Source: a virus
Length of the DNA stretch: 64,000 nt
Strand: one strand, 5' to 3'
IMG/VR virus record: IMGVR_UViG_3300009164_000039
The notes beneath the pieces were generated by a model. The model did not search any database. It saw nothing but the letters and a program-made list of their open reading frames with translations, and was not told where the DNA came from. This document shows positions 1 through 11,585 of the stretch, in pieces; the first letter of the stretch is position 1, and every line of letters starts with the position of its first letter. A program made the position numbers and the translations under genes.

Positions 1-2
1 AC

Positions 3-3000
3 TGGTGGGTGGCACGTTATGGCAATGCTCCGTACACTGGTGGTAACAATGTATTGTGGGCGGACCTAGAACAAGGTTATATCTACAGCGGCTCACGTAC
101 AGGAATAGATCTGCGTTTTGCAAGACCTGGCTTGAGTAAACTAATCCCTGTTGATGAGTACGGTTTATTGATTAGTCCTGAAAAACTATTTCCTAAACAG
201 TTCAATGGTAGAAACCTTGGCGGAGCATTTGCCATTGGCGATCAAGCACCTGCTGAAACTGCATGGCGTCGTAGCAGTGATTTTCCTTATGCAATGCAAA
301 TTGCATTGATGCTAACAAACCCTGCTTACTATTTTGGTAGCCTGGTCAACACACATGCTTACTATCGTAATATCAACTTGGATCAATTGGTAGTCAGAAA
401 TAACAAACAGCGACTTACTAAAGACACTGTTGAAATCCCTAACGTTGGATCCAATGGAGATCCAGTTGTTCACACCTCAGGTTATATCAATTGGGTGAGA
501 GATTTCTTAGTGAATCGCGGTATTGACCCAGCGCCTAAGATTAAATCATATTTGAAAAATGTCAATGTAAATCTCAGCTATGCAACAGCTGGATTTGCGG
601 ATAAAAATTATCTAAATGTATTGGCAGAACAAGGTTCTCCTACCTACAACAATGAAAGTGTAATCATACCCGACGAAAATTACGAAGTATATCTGCATAA
701 GAGTGCTCCGGTTAATCGTGCGGTTTATAGCGCAGTCATAATTGAAAAAGGCGACAACGGATGGAAAGTAACCGGATATGATTTGGCTAATCCTTACTTT
801 ACTATTGTACCAAGTGAAGCTCAAGGCCGCAGTTATCAAATTAGCGTGGCTGGTACTGGTGCAACAATCTACAGAGATTATCGTTCTGTAAAAATTACTG
901 TGCCTTATGGTCACGAGTTCAACAGTCGTCAACAAGTTGTTGACTTTTTGGTTGCCCACGGTCGTTATATGGTAAGTCAAGGATTTGTGTTTGACACCAT
1001 GAACAACGATATGGCATCCAAGCAAGATTGGATATTGAGTGCAAAAGAATTCCTGACCTGGAGTCAGCAAGGGTGGCAGTCAGGAAACATTCTTGTACTA
1101 AGTCCTGCATTTAACAACCTCAAAGTTCAAGGTGCAATGAGTGTGGTTGACTTTGTTGAGAACCGCACCAGTGGCAGCAAAGTACTAGATCAAAATTTCC
1201 AAATTATTCGAAACAACCAGTTCTCAATCACTAGATCAGACAATGTGTTTACATTCACAGCAAACTTTGGGCAGACCATTGGCTATGCTGAATTTAATCT
1301 AGTGCAGTACGAGCACATCTTGGTGTTTGATAACGAAACAGTGTTCAATGACGTGATCTACAAACCAGCTGAAGGTATCAGACAATTCCGGTTCAAGCTG
1401 GTTGGAAACAAAACTGGTAACTGGACAGGTGCATTGAATCCTCCGGGATTCATGTACAATTCCACTACCATCCAGACCTGGAAAGCTGATATAACATATA
1501 AAAAGGGCGACTTTGTTGATGTCAATGGCATTGTGTACCTTGCATTGATTGACATTGACGCCACGCAAAAATTTGAGTTCAGCAGCAGCTGGCAAGAAGT
1601 AAATCGCAAAGATATCAAAACAGGCTTGCTACCTAACTTTGCATCTCTGGCGCAAAAGTTTGAAAATATCTATGACGTGGACAATTTGCCAGCCGCTGAA
1701 GATCTGCGCAAGTTTAGTAACGGGTTGATTGGATTCCGCCAACGTCAATTCTTTAGTGACTTTAGTCTAAGCGATGAATCTCAAGTGAAGTTTTACCAAG
1801 GCTATATTACACAAAAAGGAACACTAGATTCTATCACTGCACTTACCCGAGCAACTTTTAACAATATCACCAGTGAGATTGAGGTGTTTGAAGAGTGGGC
1901 AGTTCGTGTCGGTGAATATGGTGCGTTAGACAGTGACCAGTCTGTTGAAGTATTATTAAAAGAATCACAACTGACAGATGATCCAACCACACTAATACTA
2001 TTGGATAATGCTGACGCCGACGTGCCAGGCGCAGTGCCTATTCGTACCAACGATATGTATCAAATTCCAGTAGACTACAGTAAAAACATTATTCCTACTA
2101 GAGCCAGTTACCAGCCGCAGATCACTGATTTTGTTACTGCTGGTTATGTTAACCTTGATGATATCAATGGTACTATCTTTGATATACAAAATTTCAGTGA
2201 GTTAGTGAATGTGTTGCCAGACATTGGCAGTGGATATAAACTATGGGTAGCTAAAGATTTCAGCAGTAGCTGGAACGTGTATCGTGTTACAGAAACTAAC
2301 AACCTAGTAACCAGCTTGACATATAACCTAGACAATTTTATGATTGTGGGGTTTGATAACCCGCACGATTTTGTTGTTGGTGAAGTAATGGGTATCAAAG
2401 GATTTGATACAGATTTTGATGGATTCTATCAAGTGATTGGTATCGATGGACTTAAGAGTGTTCTGACTATTGCCACTAGAAATATTGATGTTCTAAAAAG
2501 TGCGCAAACAATAACAGACACAGGTGTGTTGTTTAGATTAAAATCAGTACGATTTAATCTAGCCAGCGACATCAACAACTTCACTCCACCAAACGGGTGG
2601 AAAGATGCTGATCGCGTTTGGATTGATAACAATGATGCGATCAACAGTTGGGCAGTGTACCAAAAAGCCAATGCATGGAAAACTGCTGGAAATCTAGTAC
2701 TACGCCCAGGCGAGTACACATCTGACGAAGGATATGGTCGTGCAGTTTCTACCAACTATGACAACACACTGTTAATGGTTGGATCACCGTTGAACAACTC
2801 TGGACAAGTTGCCAAGATTAATATTTCTGATCCTGGGCAAAACTATGGATCTACTGTAGTTTCTTTCTCTTACCCAGATCGTGAAACTGGTGGAATACGT
2901 GCTCAAGGAACTGCACTTCGCGAGTCCGGCACAATCCTACAAGCCAATTTGGTAACCGGTGGGTCGGGATTTACAAAAATTCCAACAGTGATTATTTCAG

Positions 3001-6000
3001 ATTTTAGCAATCTAACTTCAACCTCTACTAGAGTTGGTTCACCGTATGTTAACGTTGCTAGTACATCAACGCTAAAGGTTCTTGACCGCGTGACATCTGC
3101 AAACCTTGCCAATGTATCTAACACTGTGGTTACAGAGATTGTAAGCACAACAAATGTAAGATTGAATGCCGCTACAACAATTTCTACAGGCGACTGGGTC
3201 AGATTTGATCGTGGCACGAACGGAAACGTACAAGCAAGATTAACTCCGACCAGTATTGCTAGTATTAGCATTATCAATGGTGGGTCGGGTTATGTAACTG
3301 CACCAGCGATTGAAATAATCGGCGGCGGTGGCACAGGCGTGGTTGCCAACACTGTGATCACAGCTGGAGTAATCACTGCTTGCTATGTTATTAGCAACGG
3401 GGCAGGATTCACTGAGCCGCCGGCTGTTCGGGTGATATCACCCACTATTAGTCTTGCCACTAATCTAGTTGCGGTACTGACTTCCACTAGCGTAGCATCA
3501 CTAGAAGTTATTAACAAAGGACTATCTATAGAAAGTTCTTATTCCGGATACAGCTCTAATGCCACAATAGCAATCACTGCGGTAGCAGGAGACACAGGCG
3601 TTGGCGCAACTGGTAATATTCGTGTAAGCTACCTAAGCATTGGTGGAATTGAAATTTCAGTGCAAGGACAGGGTTACCTTGAACCACCGTCTATTACAAT
3701 AACTGACTTGACTGCGGTAGGAACTGGGTTTGCTGCCAACACTGTGTTAACAACCGGTGTAGTTAAAACATTCTTGAGAAATAAAGAAACACTAGCATAT
3801 AGCCAAATTGATACGATTCGTGCATTTGGCCCAGACGCCGGAGAATTTGGCGCAGATATTAAAATGGGAGTTTACTCAAGTGCAATTGGTGCACCGGGTA
3901 GTTTTTCTGATCGGGGTACAGTCACACTATTTCAATTTGCCGGAGGAGTAAGTTGGAATACTCAACAAATTTTACAACCAGTATCAACAAATGCCGGCGC
4001 AAGATTTGGTGAAAGTGTTGCAATGAGCAAAGATGAAAATTGGTTGTATGTTGGCGCACCGGGTATCAACCGAGTGTATGCATACGCACAAAAACAAACA
4101 TCATTGTCTAGAACAACTATTACACTGGCCGGTGGCGCATCTACTTACTTTATAAATCTTCCTGGGGCAACTCAAACAGCTGAAGTTTCTATTGTTGGTG
4201 ACAGTGGTAAAGTGTACCAACCAGGCCTGGAGTTTTCGTTGATTGGTAGCACACTGTCGTTTGTTAGTTTAGCTGTACTAGCAAGAGATACCAAGTTGTT
4301 TGTGGCACAACAGAGCAACACAACAACAATTAGATGCAATACTTCGATCACCACCTATGCACTGTCGAGTCTTCCAGAATCTGTGGACGCAATAACAGTA
4401 ATTGATTCATCGGGCCGCATATTTGTTCCACAAGCCGAATATTATCTAAATGGGCAAAATCTTGTGTTCCGTAACTCTGCCGAGCTTGTTGCAGTAACCA
4501 TCACAGTGCGACCATTATTGACCTACTATACATTGATGGGCACTATTGCACCACCTGAAACAATTGAAAGTTCTGCAAAGTTTGGCGCATCATTGGCAAC
4601 TACAGAATACGGATATCAACTGTTGATTGGTGCACCGGATGCCAGCGTCAATGGCGTTATCCGTGCAGGTCGTGCATATGCGTACGATAGAAATTATGAA
4701 TTGTTCCAGGCATTTGGTAACAATCGAAGCTTTAATGCTCGCGAGGCCCTTAAACAAGTAACACGAGTAACAGTCGACGGCATTGCTAAAGTTGAGTCTG
4801 TTGACTACACTAAATCTGGGTCAACAATCGTGTTTGATGCTATTCCTGACAGCGGAAGTTTGGTTAGAATTGATCTTAACGATTTCAACTTGATCCAAAA
4901 ACTAACTCCACCAGATCCAGTTACACAAGGAAGATTTGGTGCTAGTGTTACCATCTCTGACGATAACACAGGTTTATTTGTTGGATCCCCGGGATACAAC
5001 CTTCCAGGCTACTACTTTGGGTCAGTGTATCGTTATGTCAACCGAGGCAAAGTATACGGTGATGCAGCCAGCACAATCTCAACTGCTAGCATTTTGTTGG
5101 CTGTTGGCGACACTATACGTATCAACGAACAACACGTATCTGTTGGTCTCACATCTGGGGAAGATTTTATCAATCAGATTAATGCTATTGGTATTCCGGG
5201 TGTGGTTGCTGCCAACATCAATGGTAATGTGGTTATCACTGGGGATAATGTTTTAACAAATAACAAACTGGATATTTTACCTAGTGACGGTGCAGTACTG
5301 GCCGACTTAGGATTGTCAGTTTACAGTTACATCCAAGAAATTCGCCACCCAGGTGTGGGTAACCCAGAACGATTTGGCTCTAAGATTAAAATTAGTGACA
5401 ATCTTGAGACATTGGTAATCAGCAGTGAGCAAGGCGCTACTCTTAAGATTACCACGTTTGATGAACTAACAACTACATTTGACAAAACAACCACATCATT
5501 ACTTGACGCACTTAAACAAGCCGGTGCAGTATATGTGTATGATTTCTTGAGCGTACCAAATGACAGTTTAGCGCAACCTTCACAATTTGTTTTTAGTCAG
5601 GTGTTGCAAAATGCGTACATCAATGCAAGAGACAATTTTGGATCAAGTCTTGACATCAACAAAGATGTGATTATCATTGGTGCAGAATTCAACGATAACT
5701 TTGGTAACAACACTGGACTAGTACACATATTCACCAACCCTGACTTGAAGAAAAGCTGGACAGTCACACGCAATCGCACAGACAAAGTTGACACCAATCA
5801 TGTTAACAAGATCTTTGCCTACGACACCCGCACACAAACGATTGTGGCTCAATTTGATTATCTTGATCCTGTTAAAGGAAAAATACTTGGCGTGGCAGAT
5901 CAAGACATTGATTATAAAACAGTAGATGATCCTGCAACATACAATCTTGGCGCCGAAGCTCGCGTGAATATCGACGCTACTGGACCATGGGGTGATTTCC

Positions 6001-9000
6001 AACTTGGACAAGTTTGGTGGGACCTAAGCACAGTCAAGTACATTGACTACGAACAAGATACAGTGAGCTATCGCGCTATCAATTGGGGAGCAACATTCCC
6101 GGGTTCTAGCATTGATGTTTATGAATGGGTGTCTAGCGACTTTTTACCTAGCCAGTATATAACAATCGGCGGCGACGGCGTACCTAAGCACCCAGCTGAC
6201 ACTGCTTACGTTCGTCGTGCATACATTGATGATGCCACTGGATTGGCCAGAGTAAAATATTATTTCTGGGTAAAAAACAAACGCAGTATTACTTTCAATG
6301 CAACCCGCAGAACAAATAGTGTAACTGGTATTGCTGATTTAATCGCCAATCCAGCGTCACAAGACATTCCGTATGTTTCGTTTATTCAAAGCAATGCGTT
6401 CAATGTTTATAACTCTAAATCACTGCTTCAAGGTGATTATATTGCGCTTCACATTGAATACAGCAAAGTACAAAACAGCAACATTGTTCACAGTGAGTTC
6501 CAACTGGTACAACAGAACAATCCCAAGAGCAAGATTCCAACTCGCGTGATTAATAAAATTGTTGACAGTATCTCTGGAGAAGACTCTGTTGGTAACATTG
6601 TTCCAGATTTACGTTTGCCGGCAGCAGGACGAGTTGGCTTGAGTTTGCGCCCTCGACAGACGTTGATACTTGACAACGAAGCAGCCACCAAAGTGTTTGT
6701 GAGTTTTGTAAATTCAGTATTTGCTTCATATCAGGTAGTTGGTAAATTTGATCTGGCAAACATGCTAGATAACGAAGCTATTCCTGCATCGGACTCTGGA
6801 TGGTACCACATCGAAATCGACATCATTGACCAATTGATGTACATTCCAACAGAACAACTATTAGTAGGTACAAGAAGTACTTCTGGGTTCCGGGTGCTAG
6901 TGGATCGCGATTCCACCTACCAAAACTTCTGGACCATTTACGAATGGCAAGGTGTTGTTAAAGGCTGGGTGCTGATTCGTATCCAAAGCTATGATAACAG
7001 TCGTTACTGGAGTTATGTAAACTGGTATGCCACAGGTTACAATGACACTGTGCTGATTGACACAGTGGTTAACACGGTGAATGATATTTCAACTTTGAAC
7101 TTAACGTCTGGACAAATTGTCAAGGTACTAGACAACGGGCTGGGTAATTATGAAATTTATGAAATTGATTCTACTCTACGTGCAATACCGGTCATAAGTG
7201 AAAAAGGAACGATTGAAGTAACTGCTGATGCATTTGATGTTCTTAAAGCCAAAATTGGATTTGATAACTCTGCATTCGACAGTCAAGGGTTTAGCAAAAA
7301 TGCCGCACAAGAGTTGCGTAACATTTTTGTTGCAATCTACAACGAAATTTTTGTAAATGACCTACAAGGTAAAACCAATGAACTGTTCTTTAGTTTAGTT
7401 AACTATATCTTTACTGAGCAACGTAGTCTAGATTGGATCTTAAAGACCAGCTTCTTAACAGTGGCACACAAACTAAGAAAGCTGTTGCAGTTTCCTGCAT
7501 TTATCAAAGACAATCAAGATTACTATCAACAGTACATTGATGAAGTCAAGCCATATCGTTCACAGGTGCGTGAATACGTGCTTAACTACGAAGGAGTTGA
7601 TGAATCATATAGCAAAACCACTGACTTTGATTTTTACAGTTACTACGATAAAGCACAATCAGCTAGAAGAAATCTTGACACAAACAATGCAGATGATCGT
7701 GCAGTTATACGTGCAACCAATCGCAGTGACTGGTACAGTAGTTACAGCTACCAGATACAAGAGATTGTGATCACACGCTCAGGATCAGGATACACAGTTG
7801 CCCCTGCGGTAACTGTGACCGGCGGCGGCGGATCCGGTGCAAAAGCACAAGCAATACTTGGCGCAGTTGGAACAGCAACCGAAGGACAGATTATTGGTGT
7901 AGAGTTGTTGAATGCAGGAACTGGATTCACTAGCACTCCAACAGTTGAATTTGCAATCAGTAGCGGAACTGGCGTGTCAGCCTATGCAAGACTGTCTGTA
8001 CCAGCTGGTACAGTGATAGCACCAAACGACATACGGAATCGCATGGTACGAAATATTTCTACCAAGTTAAAATTTGACCGTGTTTCGTATTATGCAACTG
8101 GGGTGCGTCCTTGGATTTCATACACAACCTACTCCGCTGGTCAAGTTATAACAGTGAACGATCAAAAGACAATTGAGTTTGCAAACTACCCTGGCGATCG
8201 ATTCCCAGGAACTCGTCGCGCATACTTGCTTAACCAAAATTTCTTGGGCGCAAGTATCCTGAACGAAAAAACACTGCAAGACTCCACTCAAGCAACGCTA
8301 CTTGATGGCAGCTATTTTGACAATGCAAACGACCGGTTGATGGCATACTGGCAACCGGGTAGTACAGACCTTGGCACAGTGTTCTGGAGTGAAGATGCGA
8401 TGCGTGTTAGAGAGTCGGACGTCAAGACCAGTCTCCAATCACTTTACACACGTATTGAACGTGTGGCACACAGCACATTGTCTCCTGTGAGTAGCAACTT
8501 TGCCTACATGGCAGTTGGCTTTGATGGTGCGATTCTTGCCAGCGTGGACGGCAAGCACTGGGTAGATGCTAATACTGTAGAAATATCTACAAACCTACGT
8601 GGTGTTGAAAACTACGGTGGTGTGTACTGGGTAGCAGTAGGTGCGCAAGCAACAGTACTACTGTCAGAGAATGGGCTAGACTGGGGATCGTTTGCAGTGC
8701 AATCATTCTACTACAGTCCTGTTGGATCTGGCGCATCAGCACAAACTCCGGCCCTGGGTCTTCCATATGGATTAGTAAGCGAGAACACACAGTCATCGGT
8801 TGACTTTACTGACCTTACTACATTCACCAGCACCGCGGCCACGTATGCAGTTGCGGTAGGAAACAACGGAACTATTTTAATTAACCCGTTTACTACATTC
8901 ACCGGGTTAATTCCTTCTTGGTACAGTGTGACTCCACAAGGAGTAACCTCTGCGCAAAATACACAATACCTGCGTGTGATAAACAAAGCCACCGGATACT

Positions 9001-11189
9001 TGGCCGATCCAAATGGGTTACCATACCTGGTAAAATTATCCGCTGATGGTTATTATTATCTTGATATCAATGGCAAGCCATTGTTAACCGGATATATGAT
9101 GGTTGCTGGTATACAAGGAAAGAGTTCACTGATTCCGTTCAGCGGAGTTGACGCGGCAATGCAAGGTTATGTGTACGGATACAACTATGATAGTCAAGAG
9201 ACTTATCCTTACACAGTATTCAACGAACCTACACAAGTTACTGGGCTAGGATTAGGGTATATTGGTGAACAAGTGAACGGTATAGCATTCACTGACACCA
9301 CTGACTTTGTTGTCATGGTTGGATCGGGTGGAACACTGTTGTGGAACAGTGTTGATACGGCTTACAAGATTCAAAATGGTACTGGTGTTGCTGCCGATAC
9401 AGTTGGACGCATTATTGTAAACTACCAGCCGGTGAGTTACAAAAACTTCAAGTATTTCTCTGACAGTGAATTTGAATACCCATTGAAGAGAGAAGATGTC
9501 AAACACAACTTCCAGGATATTGTGTACGATGGTGAGAAATACATTGTCACCGGCGATAGAGATATTGTGCTATGGGGATACCCAGACACTAAACCAACAG
9601 GAGACTTTGGATTAACCAGCACCACGTTCATCAACATCAATGCTAATATTGCAGCCGGTGCTACCATGACACTACGATCACAGACCAGTAATGTTACTAT
9701 ACAAACCGCTGGTGTGTTATCACGTGGAGCAAGCATAATTACCACAGCCAACTTAAATCTAGTAAACAGCAATTACATGATCACTGCAATTAATGGTAAT
9801 GCCAGTGCAGTGGTTGGAAATGTCGGCTTCACTGGAAAGTTAATTGGATCAGCTGTGTACGGCGCGGCACGTCATGACTTGGTGACATTTACTAATCCAG
9901 TTACCTCAGCATCGTTTAGTCTCAAAACTTCATTGAATAGTGCAAACGGATCAAGCACACTAAGCTTCACGGCAGCAAACTTGTTCTACCCAAATAATAC
10001 CTGTAAGATCACGACTGGCATGATTATTAGTCATGCCAATGTATCTGCAAGTATCGGAGCCTATGCATTTGTTACCAACTACGGCCCAATGGTTGAGTTT
10101 ACAAACAAAGAGCCTGCATTTACTTGGAAGTATGCACCAGGGTTTAATAGAAATCCTGATTTGGATTTTGTGTCAACTGCAATTAACAGAAATACCATTC
10201 AAATTGACCTACCACTTCAAGCTAATCTAGTGGCTGGCACAACTATCACATTCAACGACACTGCTGGTGCCGCATACAACTTTAACCTGTTGAGCAATGT
10301 TTATATTGGTAGCAACATACTGGCTTTTTCAAATCTTGCAGTGACATCAATTGTTCAATCAGGGTGGACCGTGGCCAACACTGTGTATCCTGCTATACAA
10401 CCAAACAGCAATGTAATCTCATCTGGCACTTACTTGTTCAGTGGTGTGCGCAATCGTCAATTCAAAGACATTCCTGACAATATTCCAGGTACAGAGTATG
10501 CCGGAGTCAAAGTACAAGGCAGTGAGTTTGACGATGCTATTCAACTTGATACGGTTATGTCCAGCGAGTTTGGAGATGATGCACTAGGTGTTCGCGCTGA
10601 AGATATTGTTGTTGATGGTGGTCAATTTATTGACACATATTCAAGTTTTGCACCACAGGAATTAATTCCTGGACGATTAACAGACAACTTACAGATCTCA
10701 GTGTTTACCAATAACCCTGCTAATGTGGCAGCAGTTGCTGGTTACAGAATTAGTTACAATGGCCGCGATCCTGCTACATACTATAGAATCAGCGCAGCCA
10801 ACACAACTACACTGGCTGAAGATTTGCCCTACTCGGCATTGAGTATCAAGCTAACTGATGTAAGTGGATTACCAACGCCAAGTCCGGACCAAAACAAGGC
10901 TGGTGTGTTGTTTGTAAATGGCGAGATGATCAATTACTTTACTATCAACCGAGGCAATAACACAGTTGGACAACTTCGCAGAGGTGTAAACCGTACAGGT
11001 ACACCGTTGATACATAAAGTAGGTAGCTTGGTAACGGATTCGTCTAGACTGTCTTATGTGACACAGGACGTGGCAGTTGCAATCACACAAGACTTTACAG
11101 CCAACAACATGATCAACAATGAGAGCTTGTTCCGTGCTGCGATTGACAAAGAAATTGTACAGGGTCAAACCTGGTACATTGTACCATAA
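3..11189 (+). CDS. Giant virion structural protein (baseplate/tail-associated), 5'-truncated; FG-GAP beta-propeller blades, GSG[YF] repeats
   Basis: Frame is open from position 3 (TGG TGG GTG...), so the listed GTG at 9 is not the true start. >3700 aa. Seven FG-GAP-like blades lie between about 2728 and 5730. Repeated 'I.I...GSG[YF]...P.V.I.GGGG.GA.A' units are typical of myovirus baseplate/tail proteins. Followed by fibre genes. Confidence 0.8.
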   Translation, partial: WWVARYGNAPYTGGNNVLWADLEQGYIYSGSRTGIDLRFARPGLSKLIPVDEYGLLISPEKLFPKQFNGRNLGGAFAIGDQAPAETAWRRSSDFPYAMQIALMLTNPAYYFGSLVNTHAYYRNINLDQLVVRNNKQRLTKDTVEIPNVGSNGDPVVHTSGYINWVRDFLVNRGIDPAPKIKSYLKNVNVNLSYATAGFADKNYLNVLAEQGSPTYNNESVIIPDENYEVYLHKSAPVNRAVYSAVIIEKGDNGWKVTGYDLANPYFTIVPSEAQGRSYQISVAGTGATIYRDYRSVKITVPYGHEFNSRQQVVDFLVAHGRYMVSQGFVFDTMNNDMASKQDWILSAKEFLTWSQQGWQSGNILVLSPAFNNLKVQGAMSVVDFVENRTSGSKVLDQNFQIIRNNQFSITRSDNVFTFTANFGQTIGYAEFNLVQYEHILVFDNETVFNDVIYKPAEGIRQFRFKLVGNKTGNWTGALNPPGFMYNSTTIQTWKADITYKKGDFVDVNGIVYLALIDIDATQKFEFSSSWQEVNRKDIKTGLLPNFASLAQKFENIYDVDNLPAAEDLRKFSNGLIGFRQRQFFSDFSLSDESQVKFYQGYITQKGTLDSITALTRATFNNITSEIEVFEEWAVRVGEYGALDSDQSVEVLLKESQLTDDPTTLILLDNADADVPGAVPIRTNDMYQIPVDYSKNIIPTRASYQPQITDFVTAGYVNLDDINGTIFDIQNFSELVNVLPDIGSGYKLWVAKDFSSSWNVYRVTETNNLVTSLTYNLDNFMIVGFDNPHDFVVGEVMGIKGFDTDFDGFYQVIGIDGLKSVLTIATRNIDVLKSAQTITDTGVLFRLKSVRFNLASDINNFTPPNGWKDADRVWIDNNDAINSWAVYQKANAWKTAGNLVLRPGEYTSDEGYGRAVSTNYDNTLLMVGSPLNNSGQVAKINISDPGQNYGSTVVSFSYPDRETGGIRAQGTALRESGTILQANLVTGGSGFTKIPTVIISDFSNLTSTSTRVGSPYVNVASTSTLKVLDRVTSANLANVSNTVVTEIVSTTNVRLNAATTISTGDWVRFDRGTNGNVQARLTPTSIASISIINGGSGYVTAPAIEIIGGGGTGVVANTVITAGVITACYVISNGAGFTEPPAVRVISPTISLATNLVAVLTSTSVASLEVINKGLSIESSYSGYSSNATIAITAVAGDTGVGATGNIRVSYLSIGGIEISVQGQGYLEPPSITITDLTAVGTGFAANTVLTTGVVKTFLRNKETLAYSQIDTIRAFGPDAGEFGADIKMGVYSSAIGAPGSFSDRGTVTLFQFAGGVSWNTQQILQPVSTNAGARFGESVAMSKDENWLYVGAPGINRVYAYAQKQTSLSRTTITLAGGASTYFINLPGATQTAEVSIVGDSGKVYQPGLEFSLIGSTLSFVSLAVLARDTKLFVAQQSNTTTIRCNTSITTYALSSLPESVDAITVIDSSGRIFVPQAEYYLNGQNLVFRNSAELVAVTITVRPLLTYYTLMGTIAPPETIESSAKFGASLATTEYGYQLLIGAPDASVNGVIRAGRAYAYDRNYELFQAFGNNRSFNAREALKQVTRVTVDGIAKVESVDYTKSGSTIVFDAIPDSGSLVRIDLNDFNLIQKLTPPDPVTQGRFGASVTISDDNTGLFVGSPGYNLPGYYFGSVYRYVNRGKVYGDAASTISTASILLAVGDTIRINEQHVSVGLTSGEDFINQINAIGIPGVVAANINGNVVITGDNVLTNNKLDILPSDGAVLADLGLSVYSYIQEIRHPGVGNPERFGSKIKISDNLETLVISSEQGATLKITTFDELTTTFDKTTTSLLDALKQAGAVYVYDFLSVPNDSLAQPSQFVFSQVLQNAYINARDNFGSSLDINKDVIIIGAEFNDNFGNNTGLVHIFTNPDLKKSWTVTRNRTDKVDTNHVNKIFAYDTRTQTIVAQFDYLDPVKGKILGVADQDIDYKTVDDPATYNLGAEARVNIDATGPWGDFQLGQVWWDLSTVKYIDYEQDTVSYRAINWGATFPGSSIDVYEWVSSDFLPSQYITIGGDGVPKHPADTAYVRRAYIDDATGLARVKYYFWVKNKRSITFNATRRTNSVTGIADLIANPASQDIPYVSFIQSNAFNVYNSKSLLQGDYIALHIEYSKVQNSNIVHSEFQLVQQNNPKSKIPTRVINKIVDSISGEDSVGNIVPDLRLPAAGRVGLSLRPRQTLILDNEAATKVFVSFVNSVFASYQVVGKFDLANMLDNEAIPASDSGWYHIEIDIIDQLMYIPTEQLLVGTRSTSGFRVLVDRDSTYQNFWTIYEWQGVVKGWVLIRIQSYDNSRYWSYVNWYATGYNDTVLIDTVVNTVNDISTLNLTSGQIVKVLDNGLGNYEIYEIDSTLRAIPVISEKGTIEVTADAFDVLKAKIGFDNSAFDSQGFSKNAAQELRNIFVAIYNEIFVNDLQGKTNELFFSLVNYIFTEQRSLDWILKTSFLTVAHKLRKLLQFPAFIKDNQDYYQQYIDEVKPYRSQVREYVLNYEGVDESYSKTTDFDFYSYYDKAQSARRNLDTNNADDRAVIRATNRSDWYSSYSYQIQEIVITRSGSGYTVAPAVTVTGGGGSGAKAQAILGAVGTATEGQIIGVELLNAGTGFTSTPTVEFAISSGTGVSAYARLSVPAGTVIAPNDIRNRMVRNISTKLKFDRVSYYATGVRPWISYTTYSAGQVITVNDQKTIEFANYPGDRFPGTRRAYLLNQNFLGASILNEKTLQDSTQATLLDGSYFDNANDRLMAYWQPGSTDLGTVFWSEDAMRVRESDVKTSLQSLYTRIERVAHSTLSPVSSNFAYMAVGFDGAILASVDGKHWVDANTVEISTNLRGVENYGGVYWVAVGAQATVLLSENGLDWGSFAVQSFYYSPVGSGASAQTPALGLPYGLVSENTQSSVDFTDLTTFTSTAATYAVAVGNNGTILINPFTTFTGLIPSWYSVTPQGVTSAQNTQYLRVINKATGYLADPNGLPYLVKLSADGYYYLDINGKPLLTGYMMVAGIQGKSSLIPFSGVDAAMQGYVYGYNYDSQETYPYTVFNEPTQVTGLGLGYIGEQVNGIAFTDTTDFVVMVGSGGTLLWNSVDTAYKIQNGTGVAADTVGRIIVNYQPVSYKNFKYFSDSEFEYPLKREDVKHNFQDIVYDGEKYIVTGDRDIVLWGYPDTKPTGDFGLTSTTFININANIAAGATMTLRSQTSNVTIQTAGVLSRGASIITTANLNLVNSNYMITAINGNASAVVGNVGFTGKLIGSAVYGAARHDLVTFTNPVTSASFSLKTSLNSANGSSTLSFTAANLFYPNNTCKITTGMIISHANVSASIGAYAFVTNYGPMVEFTNKEPAFTWKYAPGFNRNPDLDFVSTAINRNTIQIDLPLQANLVAGTTITFNDTAGAAYNFNLLSNVYIGSNILAFSNLAVTSIVQSGWTVANTVYPAIQPNSNVISSGTYLFSGVRNRQFKDIPDNIPGTEYAGVKVQGSEFDDAIQLDTVMSSEFGDDALGVRAEDIVVDGGQFIDTYSSFAPQELIPGRLTDNLQISVFTNNPANVAAVAGYRISYNGRDPATYYRISAANTTTLAEDLPYSALSIKLTDVSGLPTPSPDQNKAGVLFVNGEMINYFTINRGNNTVGQLRRGVNRTGTPLIHKVGSLVTDSSRLSYVTQDVAVAITQDFTANNMINNESLFRAAIDKEIVQGQTWYIVP

Positions 11190-11198
11190 GGCAAAAAA

Positions 11199-11564
11199 AT
11201 GAGTGTAACCGTATTAGCAACTGGACTTTTTCAAAGCAACACGCTGGCCGCACAAAATGTGCGATCATCATTGAGTTACAGCCCAGACATTGATCCAAGA
11301 CTGCCCAAGCATACTGTGACCAGTTCGTTGCTGGTAGTGACTCCAAACACTGCAATTAGTACAACCCTGGTACTTGGTGATATTAGTTTAGTATCACAGC
11401 CAGCTGTTGGAAACCTAGGCTACCTGCGTGTGGGCGGAACTGTATGGAGTTACGCCAATGTACACACAGCAAATGCCACAGTAAGTGGGCTAGCCAACGT
11501 ACAAGTTCGTCCAGCGTCAAATGTGGCAATCGCCACAGTGGTCAGCGTACTTGGAACCAGGTAA
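11199..11564 (+). CDS. Small beta-rich virion protein (hypothetical)
   Basis: 121-aa ORF tightly packed in the structural operon; T/V/S/A-rich composition. Confidence 0.7.
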   Translation: MSVTVLATGLFQSNTLAAQNVRSSLSYSPDIDPRLPKHTVTSSLLVVTPNTAISTTLVLGDISLVSQPAVGNLGYLRVGGTVWSYANVHTANATVSGLANVQVRPASNVAIATVVSVLGTR

Positions 11565-11574
11565 ACTTTTATGC

Positions 11575-11580
11575 TAAATA
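11575..11580 (+). promoter_or_regulatory. T4-type late promoter core TAAATA
   Basis: CTAAATA 5 nt upstream of ATG 11586; the same core precedes other structural genes. Confidence 0.55.
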
Positions 11581-11585
11581 ACGAT

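Noticed and set aside
4936-5256. 106-aa partly hydrophobic +1-frame ORF in the giant structural gene with AAGGA 4 nt upstream of TTG
   Set aside because: The host gene is T-ending-rich throughout, so there is no local codon shift. Hydrophobic stretches are interrupted and SD spacing is short. Not excluded, but unsupported.
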